From positions 32,001 through 96,000 of the IMG/VR virus record IMGVR_UViG_3300012347_000452: a stretch of DNA of 64,000 bases; one strand, written 5' to 3'. The translations under genes and the position numbers were made by a program. The notes beneath the pieces were generated by a model, which was given only the letters and a program-made list of their open reading frames with translations, was not told where the DNA came from and ran no database searches. This DNA is from a virus. Of this stretch, positions 16,295-25,689 are shown one piece after another; position 1 is the first letter of the stretch; the number at the start of each line of letters is the position of its first letter.

Positions 16295-17134
16295 TCACTC
16301 GATGCCCATCTTCAGCTTCATCACATCGACGATGGCGCTGTCGGGGTTGATGACCATGCGTCCACGTTCGCGCTGGGTGATACCGAGAATCGGGAACAGC
16401 ATGAACATCTGGTTCGCCTGACTTGCCGCAGTGCCTGGCGAGTACGGCTTGGACAGCAGGTTGGTCTGCAAGTTGCCTTTGTTGCCCGATGTCAGCTCAC
16501 CCTCCTTGAGCAGCACTTGGAACGAGCGGAGCAGAACCTCATTCAGGGCTGACGTATCCTTGCCCGACGCGATCCAGGTCAGAAGCATGATCGCCTTGTC
16601 CTTGACCTTGTCGGCGATGGCATTGCGGTCGTTCATGTCCGCGATGAACAGGTCGGCACGCTCGTTGGCGGCGTCGATCGTGTCCGTCTTCATGAAACCC
16701 AGCCAAGTCTTGTCACCGCCCAGCAGAGCCATCAGACGCTCGCCAGGCTTGTGCGTGGTGGAGGTGATGCGAGGCGTCTTCGGCTCTTTCGGCTCACCGT
16801 CAGCTTTGGGCTGCTTCGCTTTCTTGGCCTTGATGGTCTTCTCGTCAGGCAGCGCGTCGGTGGCGGGCTTGTCAGCTTCGGCAGTCTCCTCGACCGCGTC
16901 GTCCTGTTCAGCGTAGACCGCCTGAACGGCCTCAGCCTTGTGAATGTCGGCGACTGCGGCTTCGAGCGCGTCTTCGGCGACAGCTTCGTCGTCGGCGGGC
17001 TCGATCACCTCATCCAGATCACCGAGCATCGAGGACAGGAGGGCGTCATCGTTGGTGCTGACTTCGGCGTCTTGAACACCGAGCATCTGGAAGAACACGT
17101 CGTCGATGGCGGGGGTGGCGTTATGCTTGCTCAT
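16295..17134 (-). CDS. Conserved phage protein (acidic N-terminus, possible winged-helix C-terminus)
   Basis: GGAG RBS, own promoter TTGTGA-17-TACAGT, YSPGTAASQANQ motif. Confidence 0.8.
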   Translation of the reverse strand: MSKHNATPAIDDVFFQMLGVQDAEVSTNDDALLSSMLGDLDEVIEPADDEAVAEDALEAAVADIHKAEAVQAVYAEQDDAVEETAEADKPATDALPDEKTIKAKKAKQPKADGEPKEPKTPRITSTTHKPGERLMALLGGDKTWLGFMKTDTIDAANERADLFIADMNDRNAIADKVKDKAIMLLTWIASGKDTSALNEVLLRSFQVLLKEGELTSGNKGNLQTNLLSKPYSPGTAASQANQMFMLFPILGITQRERGRMVINPDSAIVDVMKLKMGIE

Positions 17135-17512
17135 GGAAAAATCTCCGTTGAAAGTTGAAAAAAACAAGTTGAAGGACTGGCATCGAATACTTCGACAATT
17201 GAACTGTATCGCTCGAATCTAGGAGTCACAAGCATCTTGCTTGGGGACTTTTCAAACTGCCTTCGAGGTACATTTCTTATGCGCCGCTTCGATGGTTTGA
17301 ATTATGACCAGCGCGGCTAGGAGAAACAACCACATCTCAGGACACTTCGTAGGGAACCTGCCGTGGTCAGGAACTGAATAGATAAGGCGCGTGCGCGTGC
17401 GCGAATAACCTGCGAACTCAGGAGCTTCAAGTGGTGGCTTTGGGCACTTGATTGGCACGGTGGCAGGGTGGCAGGGTTCGTTGGAAGACTTCCTAGGATG
17501 TCGAGGCCCAGG

Positions 17513-17535
17513 AAAAAGGCACCGGATGGTGCCTT
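17513..17535 (-). terminator. Rho-independent terminator
   Basis: AAGGCACC-4 nt-GGTGCCTT followed by T run. Confidence 0.75.
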
Positions 17536-17594
17536 GTTATGGATGAATGCGTGAATGAATACGCCTAGCTGGCCATACAGCCAGCTACCCGTAC

Positions 17595-18035
17595 CTACCA
17601 GGCCGCGCCGAAGTCCGGTGGTGCGTCTTTCAGGGTCGATGTCGGTGCATCAGGATCGGGCGGCGGTGGGGGTGCAAGGTGGTTGTCCACCTCGACCAGA
17701 TGTCCATCGTCGTTGATGTGGCAGTCCGCCCAGGTGATGAGAAACTCCTCGTACCCGTTCAGGGCATCCGCCTCATAGGCGAATGTCGTGCCATCTCTCG
17801 GATCGGGTCGCAGCTTGCCTTCGGCGTCATAGTTCATGATCCGAATGGTGAACAGTGGCCAGGTGTCCCGAAAGCTCGTCTTCTGTTGGAGCGTGAGCGC
17901 TCCGTTCCAGATGAGGCGAACCTGAACCTTGCCGTTGTCGAACTCTTTTAGGGTTCGGTAGGTCGGGTCGGCTGTCATCAACTTCCACTGCGCGCCACTC
18001 ATGGGCATGCCTTCTCGATTGAAATACAGGGCCAT
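17595..18035 (-). CDS. Hypothetical protein
   Basis: GGAG RBS, TAATG coupling; Pro-rich tail ending FGAAW. Confidence 0.7.
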   Translation of the reverse strand: MALYFNREGMPMSGAQWKLMTADPTYRTLKEFDNGKVQVRLIWNGALTLQQKTSFRDTWPLFTIRIMNYDAEGKLRPDPRDGTTFAYEADALNGYEEFLITWADCHINDDGHLVEVDNHLAPPPPPDPDAPTSTLKDAPPDFGAAW

Positions 18036-18523
18036 TAAATCTCCAGTTCCGGTTGTTTGAGGGTGAACCACAGTGGCTCGATTTGATTCGTCCACTTGCA
18101 GAAGCGAGCCTTGTCGCCCAGGTAGAAGCGACGGTAGGCGATGACGGGGTCGTCCGTGCGGTATTGCTCGGGCATGCACTGGACGAACTCCTGGAGCCCC
18201 GCCCTGGGCAGCGCCGGTGGCATGTGACGGAGCTCGCCTTTGAGGAGCTGCTCACACGCATGGGTCTTGCCGTAGCGCAGGGTGTACTCAGCGCACAGGG
18301 CACGGCCGTGATGCCAGAGCCAAGCGAAGTTGTGAGCCGTCTTGCCTGCCCAGATCGTGCAGGGATGGCCTGCATGGGTGGGTTTGTAGCGTGCCGACCC
18401 GCCATGTGCCTTGATGATGGTGGCCAGCATCTGGCAGGTCTCGGTCGCCATCTTCACGACATGCTTGTCACAGGCCATCGAGGCAGCGGTGTACGGGTCG
18501 CGGTGCAGGACGAAGATGTTCAC
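18035..18523 (-). CDS. Pyrimidine-dimer DNA glycosylase / endonuclease V-like protein
   Basis: MNIFVL...CDKHVVKM..E..QML, H..HPC..W, EY..RYGK.H, AYRRFY. Confidence 0.85.
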   Translation of the reverse strand: MNIFVLHRDPYTAASMACDKHVVKMATETCQMLATIIKAHGGSARYKPTHAGHPCTIWAGKTAHNFAWLWHHGRALCAEYTLRYGKTHACEQLLKGELRHMPPALPRAGLQEFVQCMPEQYRTDDPVIAYRRFYLGDKARFCKWTNQIEPLWFTLKQPELEI

Positions 18524-18876
18524 GCCAGCAGCTCCTCTGGAATCTCCACCTCGTCGCCCAGCCTAGATGCCACGTAGCACCGCATGGCCGCAATGAGTGG
18601 TGTTGGGCCTAGATATGGCTTCTCCTCGTGCGAATAAAACACCCAATCATCAAGGTGTGGCTTGTTTGCGTAACGCTCCCGCTCGATGAGCGCCCCGCCC
18701 TGCGCCCAACTCTTGCTCGGGTGAAAGTGGTTCTTGCCACCGTTCTTCTGAGGGATGACCCAGATGCCTTTGCGGCGAATGTCCGGATTGATGTAGACCT
18801 TCTTGGGGCCGTACTCGATGATGGCGACGGCATAGTTGAGAGCCTCGCCGATCAGCTCGGATGTTTTGATTCTCAT
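18520..18876 (-). CDS. DUF2591/NinX-family protein
   Basis: L.G.ALNYAVA, PS.SWAQGG.LIER, PLIAAMRCYV. Confidence 0.8.
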   Translation of the reverse strand: MRIKTSELIGEALNYAVAIIEYGPKKVYINPDIRRKGIWVIPQKNGGKNHFHPSKSWAQGGALIERERYANKPHLDDWVFYSHEEKPYLGPTPLIAAMRCYVASRLGDEVEIPEELLA

Positions 18877-18877
18877 G

Positions 18878-19453
18878 TCAGTACGCCTTGAACATCCAGT
18901 CTTCGACCCTGAACGTGCGCATGGTGCGCCCGTCCACATGAGGCTCGAGGATGATTGATTCATCCGTGACTGAGTCGCCCTCAAAGACGAGAACGACTGC
19001 GTCCTTGCTGAATTGAATGGAGTGGATCTCGTTGTGGTGCATGAAGTACCACTGGCCTGGCTGGTAGGTTTTCGTGATGCGGCCGTAGCGGCGGGTCTCG
19101 ATCTCCTCACGCTCGTACTTGCCTGGCTCGCCACCGTAGACGAGCTTGGAGACCATGAACTCGTCGCTCCACTTCTCCATGCCGGCCGCATATTGCTGGT
19201 AGGTCGTGTTGTCCACACTGCCCTGAAGCACCATGCAGGCCAGGTCGAACCGATGGCTGTGAGGCGTGATCGGCATGTCCTGGGTGCGCGTGTTGCGGAA
19301 GATGCGAATCTTGGCGCTGGCGCTGGGCAGTGGGTCTTGCCCGATGATCGTGCTGGTCAAGCCTGGCACGATGTAGTTGGCCATGCTCCCGTACCCCATG
19401 TCCAAGAGGTGGTGGATGACATCGGTGTCGATTTTCGGGTCAATTCTTTCCAT
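18878..19453 (-). CDS. Hypothetical protein, possible cupin fold
   Basis: PHSHRFDL...IHSI motifs. Confidence 0.65.
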   Translation of the reverse strand: MERIDPKIDTDVIHHLLDMGYGSMANYIVPGLTSTIIGQDPLPSASAKIRIFRNTRTQDMPITPHSHRFDLACMVLQGSVDNTTYQQYAAGMEKWSDEFMVSKLVYGGEPGKYEREEIETRRYGRITKTYQPGQWYFMHHNEIHSIQFSKDAVVLVFEGDSVTDESIILEPHVDGRTMRTFRVEDWMFKAY

Positions 19454-19592
19454 GAGAGTTCTCCTCGATAAGTGATTCGTCCTTCTTTGAAGGCTTTTTG
19501 GGTTGATGTTTGCCGGCGTTGCGCTTGGGGTTGACGATGAACTCGCGGACCACCGGGTTGCGGCGCGTGACCTTCTTCTTCTTGCGGGTCAT
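19440..19592 (-). CDS. Small basic phage protein
   Basis: MTRKKK...RNPVV...AGKH; ATGA-coupled. Confidence 0.55.
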   Translation of the reverse strand: MTRKKKKVTRRNPVVREFIVNPKRNAGKHQPKKPSKKDESLIEENSHGKN

Positions 19593-20053
19593 GACCAGTC
19601 GCCTTCGGGCATGATCTTGCGAGCAGAAACGATGACGCGAACGCTCATCCGTTCTGCCTCGTCGAAGGTCATGGGGCGCTCGTTGCCCTTGTCGTCCACG
19701 ATGCTCACGGCGTCCGAGAGAAAGGCCGCATCGGCTGCGTTGTTGCGATCCAGCGTGCGCTGAATGCCGCCGCGCCCGTGAGTGCCGCTCCATGTTTCGT
19801 AGTGCACAGCAGAGGCTGACTCCACGATGTCGAAGCAGTGGTGGTCGATCAGGTAGGCGTTGATTTCGATGTTGTCCACGTCCACCGGGTACGTGGGGAT
19901 GGGGTGTGTCATCGACTGCGAGTCCACGAAGGTGATCTTCATCCGAAGCGTCTTCATGTGGCCCAGACCCAGCGTCTTGTTGAAGACTTGGCGCAGGCCG
20001 AAGTCGTTCAGGACCACGGTGTCGCCGACTTTGGGGACGGGGTGGGCCTTCAT
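19589..20053 (-). CDS. Hypothetical protein
   Basis: Coupled ORF. Confidence 0.65.
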   Translation of the reverse strand: MKAHPVPKVGDTVVLNDFGLRQVFNKTLGLGHMKTLRMKITFVDSQSMTHPIPTYPVDVDNIEINAYLIDHHCFDIVESASAVHYETWSGTHGRGGIQRTLDRNNAADAAFLSDAVSIVDDKGNERPMTFDEAERMSVRVIVSARKIMPEGDWS

Positions 20054-20160
20054 GACTTCGCCGCCTTCTGTTGCCGCTTGTACTCGCGGCAGGCCAGTGC
20101 ATAGCGCGAGTTCGCCTCCTGGGCGGCCCGCTTGAGCTGTTCGAGTTCCTCTTTCGTCAT
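20050..20160 (-). CDS. Small hypothetical protein (36 aa)
   Basis: GGAG RBS, downstream of promoter 20196-20217, ATGA coupling. Confidence 0.5.
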   Translation of the reverse strand: MTKEELEQLKRAAQEANSRYALACREYKRQQKAAKS

Positions 20161-20217
20161 GGTTTTCTCCGTTGCAATAAGTTGCTGGTGACTGAATTTT
20201 AGAACGCGAACGTAGGG

Positions 20218-20631
20218 TCAGTGGTGTTCCTCTGCGGTTGCCTCAGAAGTCTCCACCGGCGTCTTGGTGTCGTGTGGGTTCAGGCTGATCGCTTGGTAGC
20301 CCGAGCCACGCAGCATGTCGTCCAGGGCTCTTTGCTTGTCCTCTTCCGACAGGTCGCGCTCGATGACTTCCGTGGTGATGAAGCCGTTGGCGTTGCCCGC
20401 GAAGCCCGCGCCGATCGACAGACACAGGAACGACAAGCTCGACCACAGCGACTTGGCGAATGGCCAGAGGCTGTTGAACCACAGAATCTGCGGCAGGTGG
20501 ATGATCGGCGAGACCACGCCCGCGATCAGCGAGTCCGCATAGCTCGGATTGGGACCGAGACGAAACTGGCCAGGCGATGGCAGGTTGGTTCGGGCTTCTT
20601 TGTACTCAAAGGCTTTGAATTGGATGGGCAT
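20218..20631 (-). CDS. Hypothetical membrane protein
   Basis: Hydrophobic central segments; abuts upstream ORF. Confidence 0.6.
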   Translation of the reverse strand: MPIQFKAFEYKEARTNLPSPGQFRLGPNPSYADSLIAGVVSPIIHLPQILWFNSLWPFAKSLWSSLSFLCLSIGAGFAGNANGFITTEVIERDLSEEDKQRALDDMLRGSGYQAISLNPHDTKTPVETSEATAEEHH

Positions 20632-20632
20632 A

Positions 20633-20896
20633 TCAGGGGAACTTGTAGAGTGAAGGGATGGAGAAGCGGTGAAGCTCGGTTTGGGTGACGGCAATGGAGA
20701 TGACCTCCCATTGCTTCATGTCCTCGATCAGATAGTCGGGGAACTTGCCGTCGTTGTCCTTGTGCAGGTTCAGGTGGTTCTTCAGGGCACCGATGCTGTT
20801 CCACACCTTGCCCTTTCGAGTCCAGTTGGAGGGCGTGCCACCGGTCTTGTAGAGACCCAGGCGCTTGTGGTGGATCATGTAGATGGTCGTGCTCAT
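20633..20896 (-). CDS. Hypothetical phage protein
   Basis: GG...W...GKVW...LK.HL pattern. Confidence 0.7.
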   Translation of the reverse strand: MSTTIYMIHHKRLGLYKTGGTPSNWTRKGKVWNSIGALKNHLNLHKDNDGKFPDYLIEDMKQWEVISIAVTQTELHRFSIPSLYKFP

Positions 20897-21195
20897 GGCG
20901 ACACCATCTTGCAGCCGTAGTTCTGACCCTTCTTACTGAAGGTGAAGCGCCCTGTGATGTGCCCGTGATTCATCTTGCTGACGATGTCGGCGAAATCCGA
21001 GACGAACATGGAGACCGTCTGGCCACTCACACGCTTGAAGGTAAACGTAACGGACGAGCGCCCTCTGCCGTAAGACTGAAACGTCAAGGTGTCCTCGAAC
21101 TCGAAGTTGTCCACCATCGCGTCGATTCCGTAGCCCTCGTAGTCCATCTGGTTGCCGTTCTTGTCGAAGGGGATTTTGTAGTTTGTCTTTGCCAT
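20893..21195 (-). CDS. Hypothetical phage protein
   Basis: GRGRSS...F.KKGQNYG pattern. Confidence 0.7.
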   Translation of the reverse strand: MAKTNYKIPFDKNGNQMDYEGYGIDAMVDNFEFEDTLTFQSYGRGRSSVTFTFKRVSGQTVSMFVSDFADIVSKMNHGHITGRFTFSKKGQNYGCKMVSP

Positions 21196-21204
21196 AGCTT
21201 TCTT

Positions 21205-21552
21205 TCAGAATGAGCCCCAGACGCCTTCGTAGCGAGGCGGGAGCCCTTTGGGATTGGTGATGGGGTAGTTCTCAACCACCGACCCACTGATGACCTTGGC
21301 GATTCTTTCGATGCGCCAGGGTGTGTAGATGGACCAGGCGCCACCGTTCTTCGTGACAGTCTCGTCCAGGCAGTCGATGCGATACCGGAAGTCGAGGTAG
21401 TCGAAAGTCCACCAGATCGTGTCGCCCATGCGGCCGCGATGGTTGGCCAAGACGTTGACACGCCTGCTGTCCCAGGCTTCAGCCAACGTCGAGAGCAGGC
21501 TTGCGGAGAAGCCCACGCACTCGATGTTCTCGTAGTTCTCGGGCCAGTTCAT
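21205..21552 (-). CDS. Hypothetical protein
   Basis: Coupled ORF ending WGSF. Confidence 0.6.
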   Translation of the reverse strand: MNWPENYENIECVGFSASLLSTLAEAWDSRRVNVLANHRGRMGDTIWWTFDYLDFRYRIDCLDETVTKNGGAWSIYTPWRIERIAKVISGSVVENYPITNPKGLPPRYEGVWGSF

Positions 21553-21770
21553 GATGGCGTCCGTTCGACTTTGACCGTGACGGCCAGTGGCAGAGCGTTC
21601 AGCAGGATGGTTCCACCCGCCACCGCGATGACGAGCAGGACCGCCCCCACCATGCCGGTCTCACGATCGCCCAGCGCCATCCAGGCGAGGATCAGCACGA
21701 ACGACAGTCCGAGCATCACCGTCAGGATCGCGCCGCACACGAAGATGCCGAGGTAGGTGAGGATGCTCAT
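21549..21770 (-). CDS. Small membrane protein
   Basis: Two TM segments; ATGA-coupled. Confidence 0.6.
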   Translation of the reverse strand: MSILTYLGIFVCGAILTVMLGLSFVLILAWMALGDRETGMVGAVLLVIAVAGGTILLNALPLAVTVKVERTPS

Positions 21771-22372
21771 GCGGGCACCCCTGGCGCGTCGTGACAGTTG
21801 GCAAAGCCAGCCATCTTGCGAAGCTCTTTGGGGAGCTGGTAGAAGCCGCGATCCAGGCCCTTGAAGAACGCCTCCATCATCACGATGGCGTCGTAGTCGG
21901 CGGCGTGAGCGGCAGTCGGGTCGTAGGGCACACCGAGCGCGAAGCACAGTTCGCCCAATCGAGGCAGCTTGCCATCGGGACAGGCCCACCTGGCGTTCTC
22001 CATCGTGCAGAGGCTGTGAATGTCGGGGACGTTCACCCCGATGCGGTTCAGTTCGCCAGCGATGAAGGGGCCGTCGAAGCCCATGTTGTGAGCAATCAGG
22101 AGTTCACCCGTACTCATGCGATCGGCGATGTCCTGAGCCACGTCTTCCCACTTGGGTTGCCCCACGAGCTCCGAGTAGCTGATGCCATGCGCCGCTTGGG
22201 CACCTGGATCGATGGCACGCTCGGGGTCGATGCGTTGCACGTACTTGTCCAGAAGCGTTTGGGTCTCCAGGTCGTAGGTCAGCAAGGCAATCTCGATGAT
22301 GCGATGCCCGCGAGCCTGTTCGAGACCAGTTGTCTCTGTATCCAAACCTATAATTTTCACAGCTTTCTCCAT
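21767..22372 (-). CDS. DEDDh 3'-5' exonuclease (DnaQ/epsilon-like)
   Basis: LDTETTGL, AHNMGFD, AH.ADYD motifs. Confidence 0.9.
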   Translation of the reverse strand: MEKAVKIIGLDTETTGLEQARGHRIIEIALLTYDLETQTLLDKYVQRIDPERAIDPGAQAAHGISYSELVGQPKWEDVAQDIADRMSTGELLIAHNMGFDGPFIAGELNRIGVNVPDIHSLCTMENARWACPDGKLPRLGELCFALGVPYDPTAAHAADYDAIVMMEAFFKGLDRGFYQLPKELRKMAGFANCHDAPGVPA

Positions 22373-22890
22373 GTTTTCCCCCGACACACGGCGGCCGCGT
22401 ACATCGGGTGGATTTCGTACTTCTCGCCAAGCTCATCGAATGAAGCGCCTGCTTCTCTGAGACTGCGCATCTCCAACACTTGTGATTCGGCCAGCTTGGC
22501 TCTTCCATTCATTTCACCGTCCGCCGAACGAAGTGAGCTTGCATAGGCGTGACGCAGGTTGTCCGCCTCCAAACACCACTCCAAGTTGCCGACCCGGTTA
22601 TTCGACTTCACGCCATCCTTGTGATTGACCTCGGGCAGAAGCCCTGGGTTATCGATGTGGATAAGCGCGACAATGCGATGAACAAGGCAGCAATGCGATT
22701 TCTTGAGCGCCTTATCCCAAAGCACGACCTGTTCGTACCCTGTCTTCGGATGAATTTTTGTCTTCAGGACTCGAGACGAGCCACCACGGTAGGCGTTTCG
22801 AGAGATGAGGCACCCATCGACCGTGACCTCGTATTCGCCACCGCTGAACTTCGCCTTGATCCATTTGTCCTTGTCGGCGCTAGGACTCAT
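22357..22890 (-). CDS. Free-standing HNH (homing) endonuclease
   Basis: VHRIVA, VNHKDGVKSNN..NLEW, N.RHA, C-terminal DNA-binding segment. Confidence 0.85.
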   Translation of the reverse strand: MSPSADKDKWIKAKFSGGEYEVTVDGCLISRNAYRGGSSRVLKTKIHPKTGYEQVVLWDKALKKSHCCLVHRIVALIHIDNPGLLPEVNHKDGVKSNNRVGNLEWCLEADNLRHAYASSLRSADGEMNGRAKLAESQVLEMRSLREAGASFDELGEKYEIHPMYAAAVCRGKTWRKL

Positions 22891-23075
22891 TTCTTATCCT
22901 CGATGGGTTTCAAGCGGGCGTAGCCGTCGATGCTCCAGAAGTAGTCGCACTTGTCGCCCTTGATCGGCGGCATCGTGAAGTACGACTGACGGAACTCGTT
23001 GGGGATGGCGCGAAAGCGGTAGCACTCGTTGGCTGACGGGCAGCCGGTGCCGTTGCACATGGCGAGGTCTGGCAT
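22887..23075 (-). CDS. Small Cys-rich phage protein
   Basis: MPDLAMC.G..CP....CYRF. Confidence 0.7.
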   Translation of the reverse strand: MPDLAMCNGTGCPSANECYRFRAIPNEFRQSYFTMPPIKGDKCDYFWSIDGYARLKPIEDKK

Positions 23076-23446
23076 CAGAGCTTCCCCTTGATGGTGGCCA
23101 GTTCCGCAGTGACCTTGGTCTTCCAAGCGAAGAGGCCCGCGATCTGGCACTGGTGCGTTTTCATCTGGTCGGAGGTGTCCACATCCGAGAACGCCACGAA
23201 CTCGTTGAACTCGCCGAGCTTGCTGAACGCCTCGGTGTGTTCTGCCACCTGCTCGGTCAGGACGCGAATCTTCTCGGCCTGATCCGCGATCGTCGTGGCC
23301 ATGCGGCTTGCAACAGACTCGGCCTCGCTGGCCTGCTTGACGAGTTTGCGGATGGTCGAGCGATTGGCCTTCTCCGCTTCCTCGAGGTGGCAGATGCGCT
23401 GAGTCAGCAAGGCGAGGTTGTCGCTCTTTTTGAACAGTCCGAACAT
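23075..23446 (-). CDS. Hypothetical coiled-coil protein
   Basis: TGATG coupling. Confidence 0.6.
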   Translation of the reverse strand: MFGLFKKSDNLALLTQRICHLEEAEKANRSTIRKLVKQASEAESVASRMATTIADQAEKIRVLTEQVAEHTEAFSKLGEFNEFVAFSDVDTSDQMKTHQCQIAGLFAWKTKVTAELATIKGKL

Positions 23447-23616
23447 CACGCACCTGCCTTTTGTTCGGCCCAGATCGAAGCGAGGATGCCGACGGCGAGC
23501 AGGGCAGTACCGGACCAGATGTGACCGGCCTGCCAGGTGTCCACGACAGCGAAAAGAAACACCATGTCCAGGTAGTTGAACCGGCACTTGGCGAAGAACT
23601 GAAGAACGGATTTCAT
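23446..23616 (-). CDS. Small membrane protein
   Basis: Coupled, hydrophobic. Confidence 0.55.
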   Translation of the reverse strand: MKSVLQFFAKCRFNYLDMVFLFAVVDTWQAGHIWSGTALLAVGILASIWAEQKAGA

Positions 23617-23759
23617 GTGATGCCTTTCAACTTCTTGTCTTTCTCGGCCAGCTCCTTCATGTGCTGGTCGAGGCCTTTCCAGTCTTTCGTGGTCCACAGG
23701 TGGTGAGCCTGTGACCCAGGCATCAGGTAGATGCCCTTGTAGAGAACCGCGCCTCTCAC
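23613..23759 (-). CDS. Small hypothetical protein
   Basis: GTGA/ATGA coupling on both sides. Confidence 0.5.
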   Translation of the reverse strand: MRGAVLYKGIYLMPGSQAHHLWTTKDWKGLDQHMKELAEKDKKLKGIT

Positions 23760-24319
23760 AGCGCGACCACCGTTCCTGCGCCGGTCTTGACCTTCTTGGC
23801 GGGCTTCTCGGCCTTCGCCGGTGCGGCTTTGTCTTTGGGCCAACCGAGCGTGGCCAGGTCGGCGACGAGGTTCGCAATCGAAGGCAGGTAGATCGACTTC
23901 TCCTGCTGCTTGGGCAGGTACTGCTCGAACTCGGGCAGACGCTCCAATGCGACCTTCAAGGTTGAGCAAGGCTCGATGGCACCACGCAGCTTGGCGCGAG
24001 CCGATTCCAGACGTGCTTCCTGCTCTTTGTGGAGCTGGGTGAGCTCGTCCACCTTTGTCTGCACTTCCTCGGTGGGTGTGTAGGAGCAGCCGCGAGGCTC
24101 GTAGACTCGAATCGAGCCGAACTGGCTGCGCCACCAACTGCTCGTCTCCAGGCAGTGACAGAGCGCCTTGTCACGGGCGATGGCTTGCACTTTCGCCGGC
24201 AGTTGCGCGATGGAATCGTCGTGAATCAGGGCGCGGACCTGCTCCTGATAGTCGATCTTGGGGATGTCTTGAACGACGGCCAAGACGAAAGCGTCCTTGT
24301 CGGATTTGGTGAGTCTCAT
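23756..24319 (-). CDS. Nmad5-like (nucleotide-modification-associated) protein
   Basis: MRLTK...F...V N-terminus and TLK...E.LPE C-terminal pattern; AAGGAG RBS. Confidence 0.55.
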   Translation of the reverse strand: MRLTKSDKDAFVLAVVQDIPKIDYQEQVRALIHDDSIAQLPAKVQAIARDKALCHCLETSSWWRSQFGSIRVYEPRGCSYTPTEEVQTKVDELTQLHKEQEARLESARAKLRGAIEPCSTLKVALERLPEFEQYLPKQQEKSIYLPSIANLVADLATLGWPKDKAAPAKAEKPAKKVKTGAGTVVAL

Positions 24320-24329
24320 GGGGTTCTCC

Positions 24330-25247
24330 TTAGATATGGCAATCCACCACCGTCAGGCGGGTGTCGTCGGGGAGGTCGTCGATCAGCTTGGCGAACTGCT
24401 CGTTCCAGACTCCCTGGCCCTTTTCGTCAGAGACCATGCCCCACCAGCCCATTTCGCCCTTCTCGAACCACTCGCCATCCTTCAGAACGGCGAACGTGGT
24501 GCCGGCGGCGTTGCGGGCGGCGTTGATGAATGTGAATCGAGGCGTCAGGTACTCGTCGAGGTCGGCAAAGGGGTTGTCGAACTTCTCGCGCAGTGCCTTG
24601 AGCGCCTCCTGGGCGTGGTAGAACTCGCGGCGCACGTCCCAGACGTTCTTCTCGCCCTGCCCTTCGGTGATCTGTGCCTGAACCTGCTTCCAGGTCAGCC
24701 AGGTGCAATCGCCGATGATGGCGTGCGCATCGTCCCAGCGCTTGGCAGCCTCTTCGCACGCCAGATCGCGCATCGTTGTGAAGTCGATGTCCTTCTTGAG
24801 CGCGGAGTCGCAGTAGTTGGCATCGGTGGGCTGGCCACGATTCACCCACGAACGCTCCCCGTTCTTGCCTTCGGCACCGGGCTTGAGGCGCAACATGCCC
24901 GACCAACGGCCGCCGATCTGATACCAGTCCCACTTGCGGTTGGGGTTGGTGCGGTTGACCGCCTTGATCAGCACGCCGTCCTTGACGATGGCGTATCCGT
25001 ACTTGTGGTCGCAGTCGTCGCCGACCGTATCGACCTTCGACTCGTCGTCCACGATCTTTTCTTCCAGACCGTAGTAGCCGAGCGCATCATCAAGAGTCTC
25101 GCCGTCGTCGATCCTTGCTTGAATCTCGGCAGTGATGTCTTCGTCGAGGACGTACTGGTCGTTGCAGCCAGTGCATTCAAACTCGTGGAAGGGTTGAAGC
25201 TGGGCTTCGACGTTCTCGCCGATGACCAGTACGGTGAAATGGGACAT
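24330..25247 (-). CDS. Conserved phage protein
   Basis: MSHFTVLV, NPN.KWDWY.IGGRW, G.W.EKG.MGWWG, VVDCHI. Confidence 0.8.
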   Translation of the reverse strand: MSHFTVLVIGENVEAQLQPFHEFECTGCNDQYVLDEDITAEIQARIDDGETLDDALGYYGLEEKIVDDESKVDTVGDDCDHKYGYAIVKDGVLIKAVNRTNPNRKWDWYQIGGRWSGMLRLKPGAEGKNGERSWVNRGQPTDANYCDSALKKDIDFTTMRDLACEEAAKRWDDAHAIIGDCTWLTWKQVQAQITEGQGEKNVWDVRREFYHAQEALKALREKFDNPFADLDEYLTPRFTFINAARNAAGTTFAVLKDGEWFEKGEMGWWGMVSDEKGQGVWNEQFAKLIDDLPDDTRLTVVDCHI

Positions 25248-25343
25248 TTGGTTCTCCTTGTTGAGTGAGTCAGTCATAAGTGACTGCAATCACATTGTAA
25301 AAGCTCAAAAGCGGGGATTCACCGCTTGAGTAGGGAGAGTGCG

Positions 25344-25502
25344 TCAGGCACTCTGTTCATCCAACCACCGAGTGCGGCAGTAGAAGTAGTCGAGCCACAT
25401 CTGGCCATGCACAGAGGTGTCGTCGAACGGGCACGCCTCGTCGGTCTCACCCTTGTCGGCGGCCTGGATGGCGTGGTCACGGATTTGCTGGATGTCGAGC
25501 AT
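25344..25502 (-). CDS. Small hypothetical protein
   Basis: AGGA RBS; downstream of TATACT and operator. Confidence 0.55.
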   Translation of the reverse strand: MLDIQQIRDHAIQAADKGETDEACPFDDTSVHGQMWLDYFYCRTRWLDEQSA

Positions 25503-25689
25503 GGTCGTCCTGAGTGTCAGTGGTGACTGAAGTATAGGAGCCTTCAGTGACTCCCGACAAGGCCGCTGATCCACCCTCCTCGCCCGCTGGCTTCTTGCGG
25601 AAGATGGCGTCGAAGTTGTTGCGGAACGCCTCAGTCGATTTCTTGGAGACGATGTTGTCGCCCGTGATCGGGTTCTTGGCGGTCGTCAT
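25477..25689 (-). CDS. Small phage protein
   Basis: KNPITGD.I.SK...F..NFD.IF pattern. Confidence 0.55.
   Translation of the reverse strand: MTTAKNPITGDNIVSKKSTEAFRNNFDAIFRKKPAGEEGGSAALSGVTEGSYTSVTTDTQDDHARHPANP

Noticed and set aside
17220-17590. Gene-poor 370-bp stretch with ORF 17252-17458
   Set aside because: No RBS or recognisable motif; only a terminator and one TCCTGAGTTC copy can be supported.
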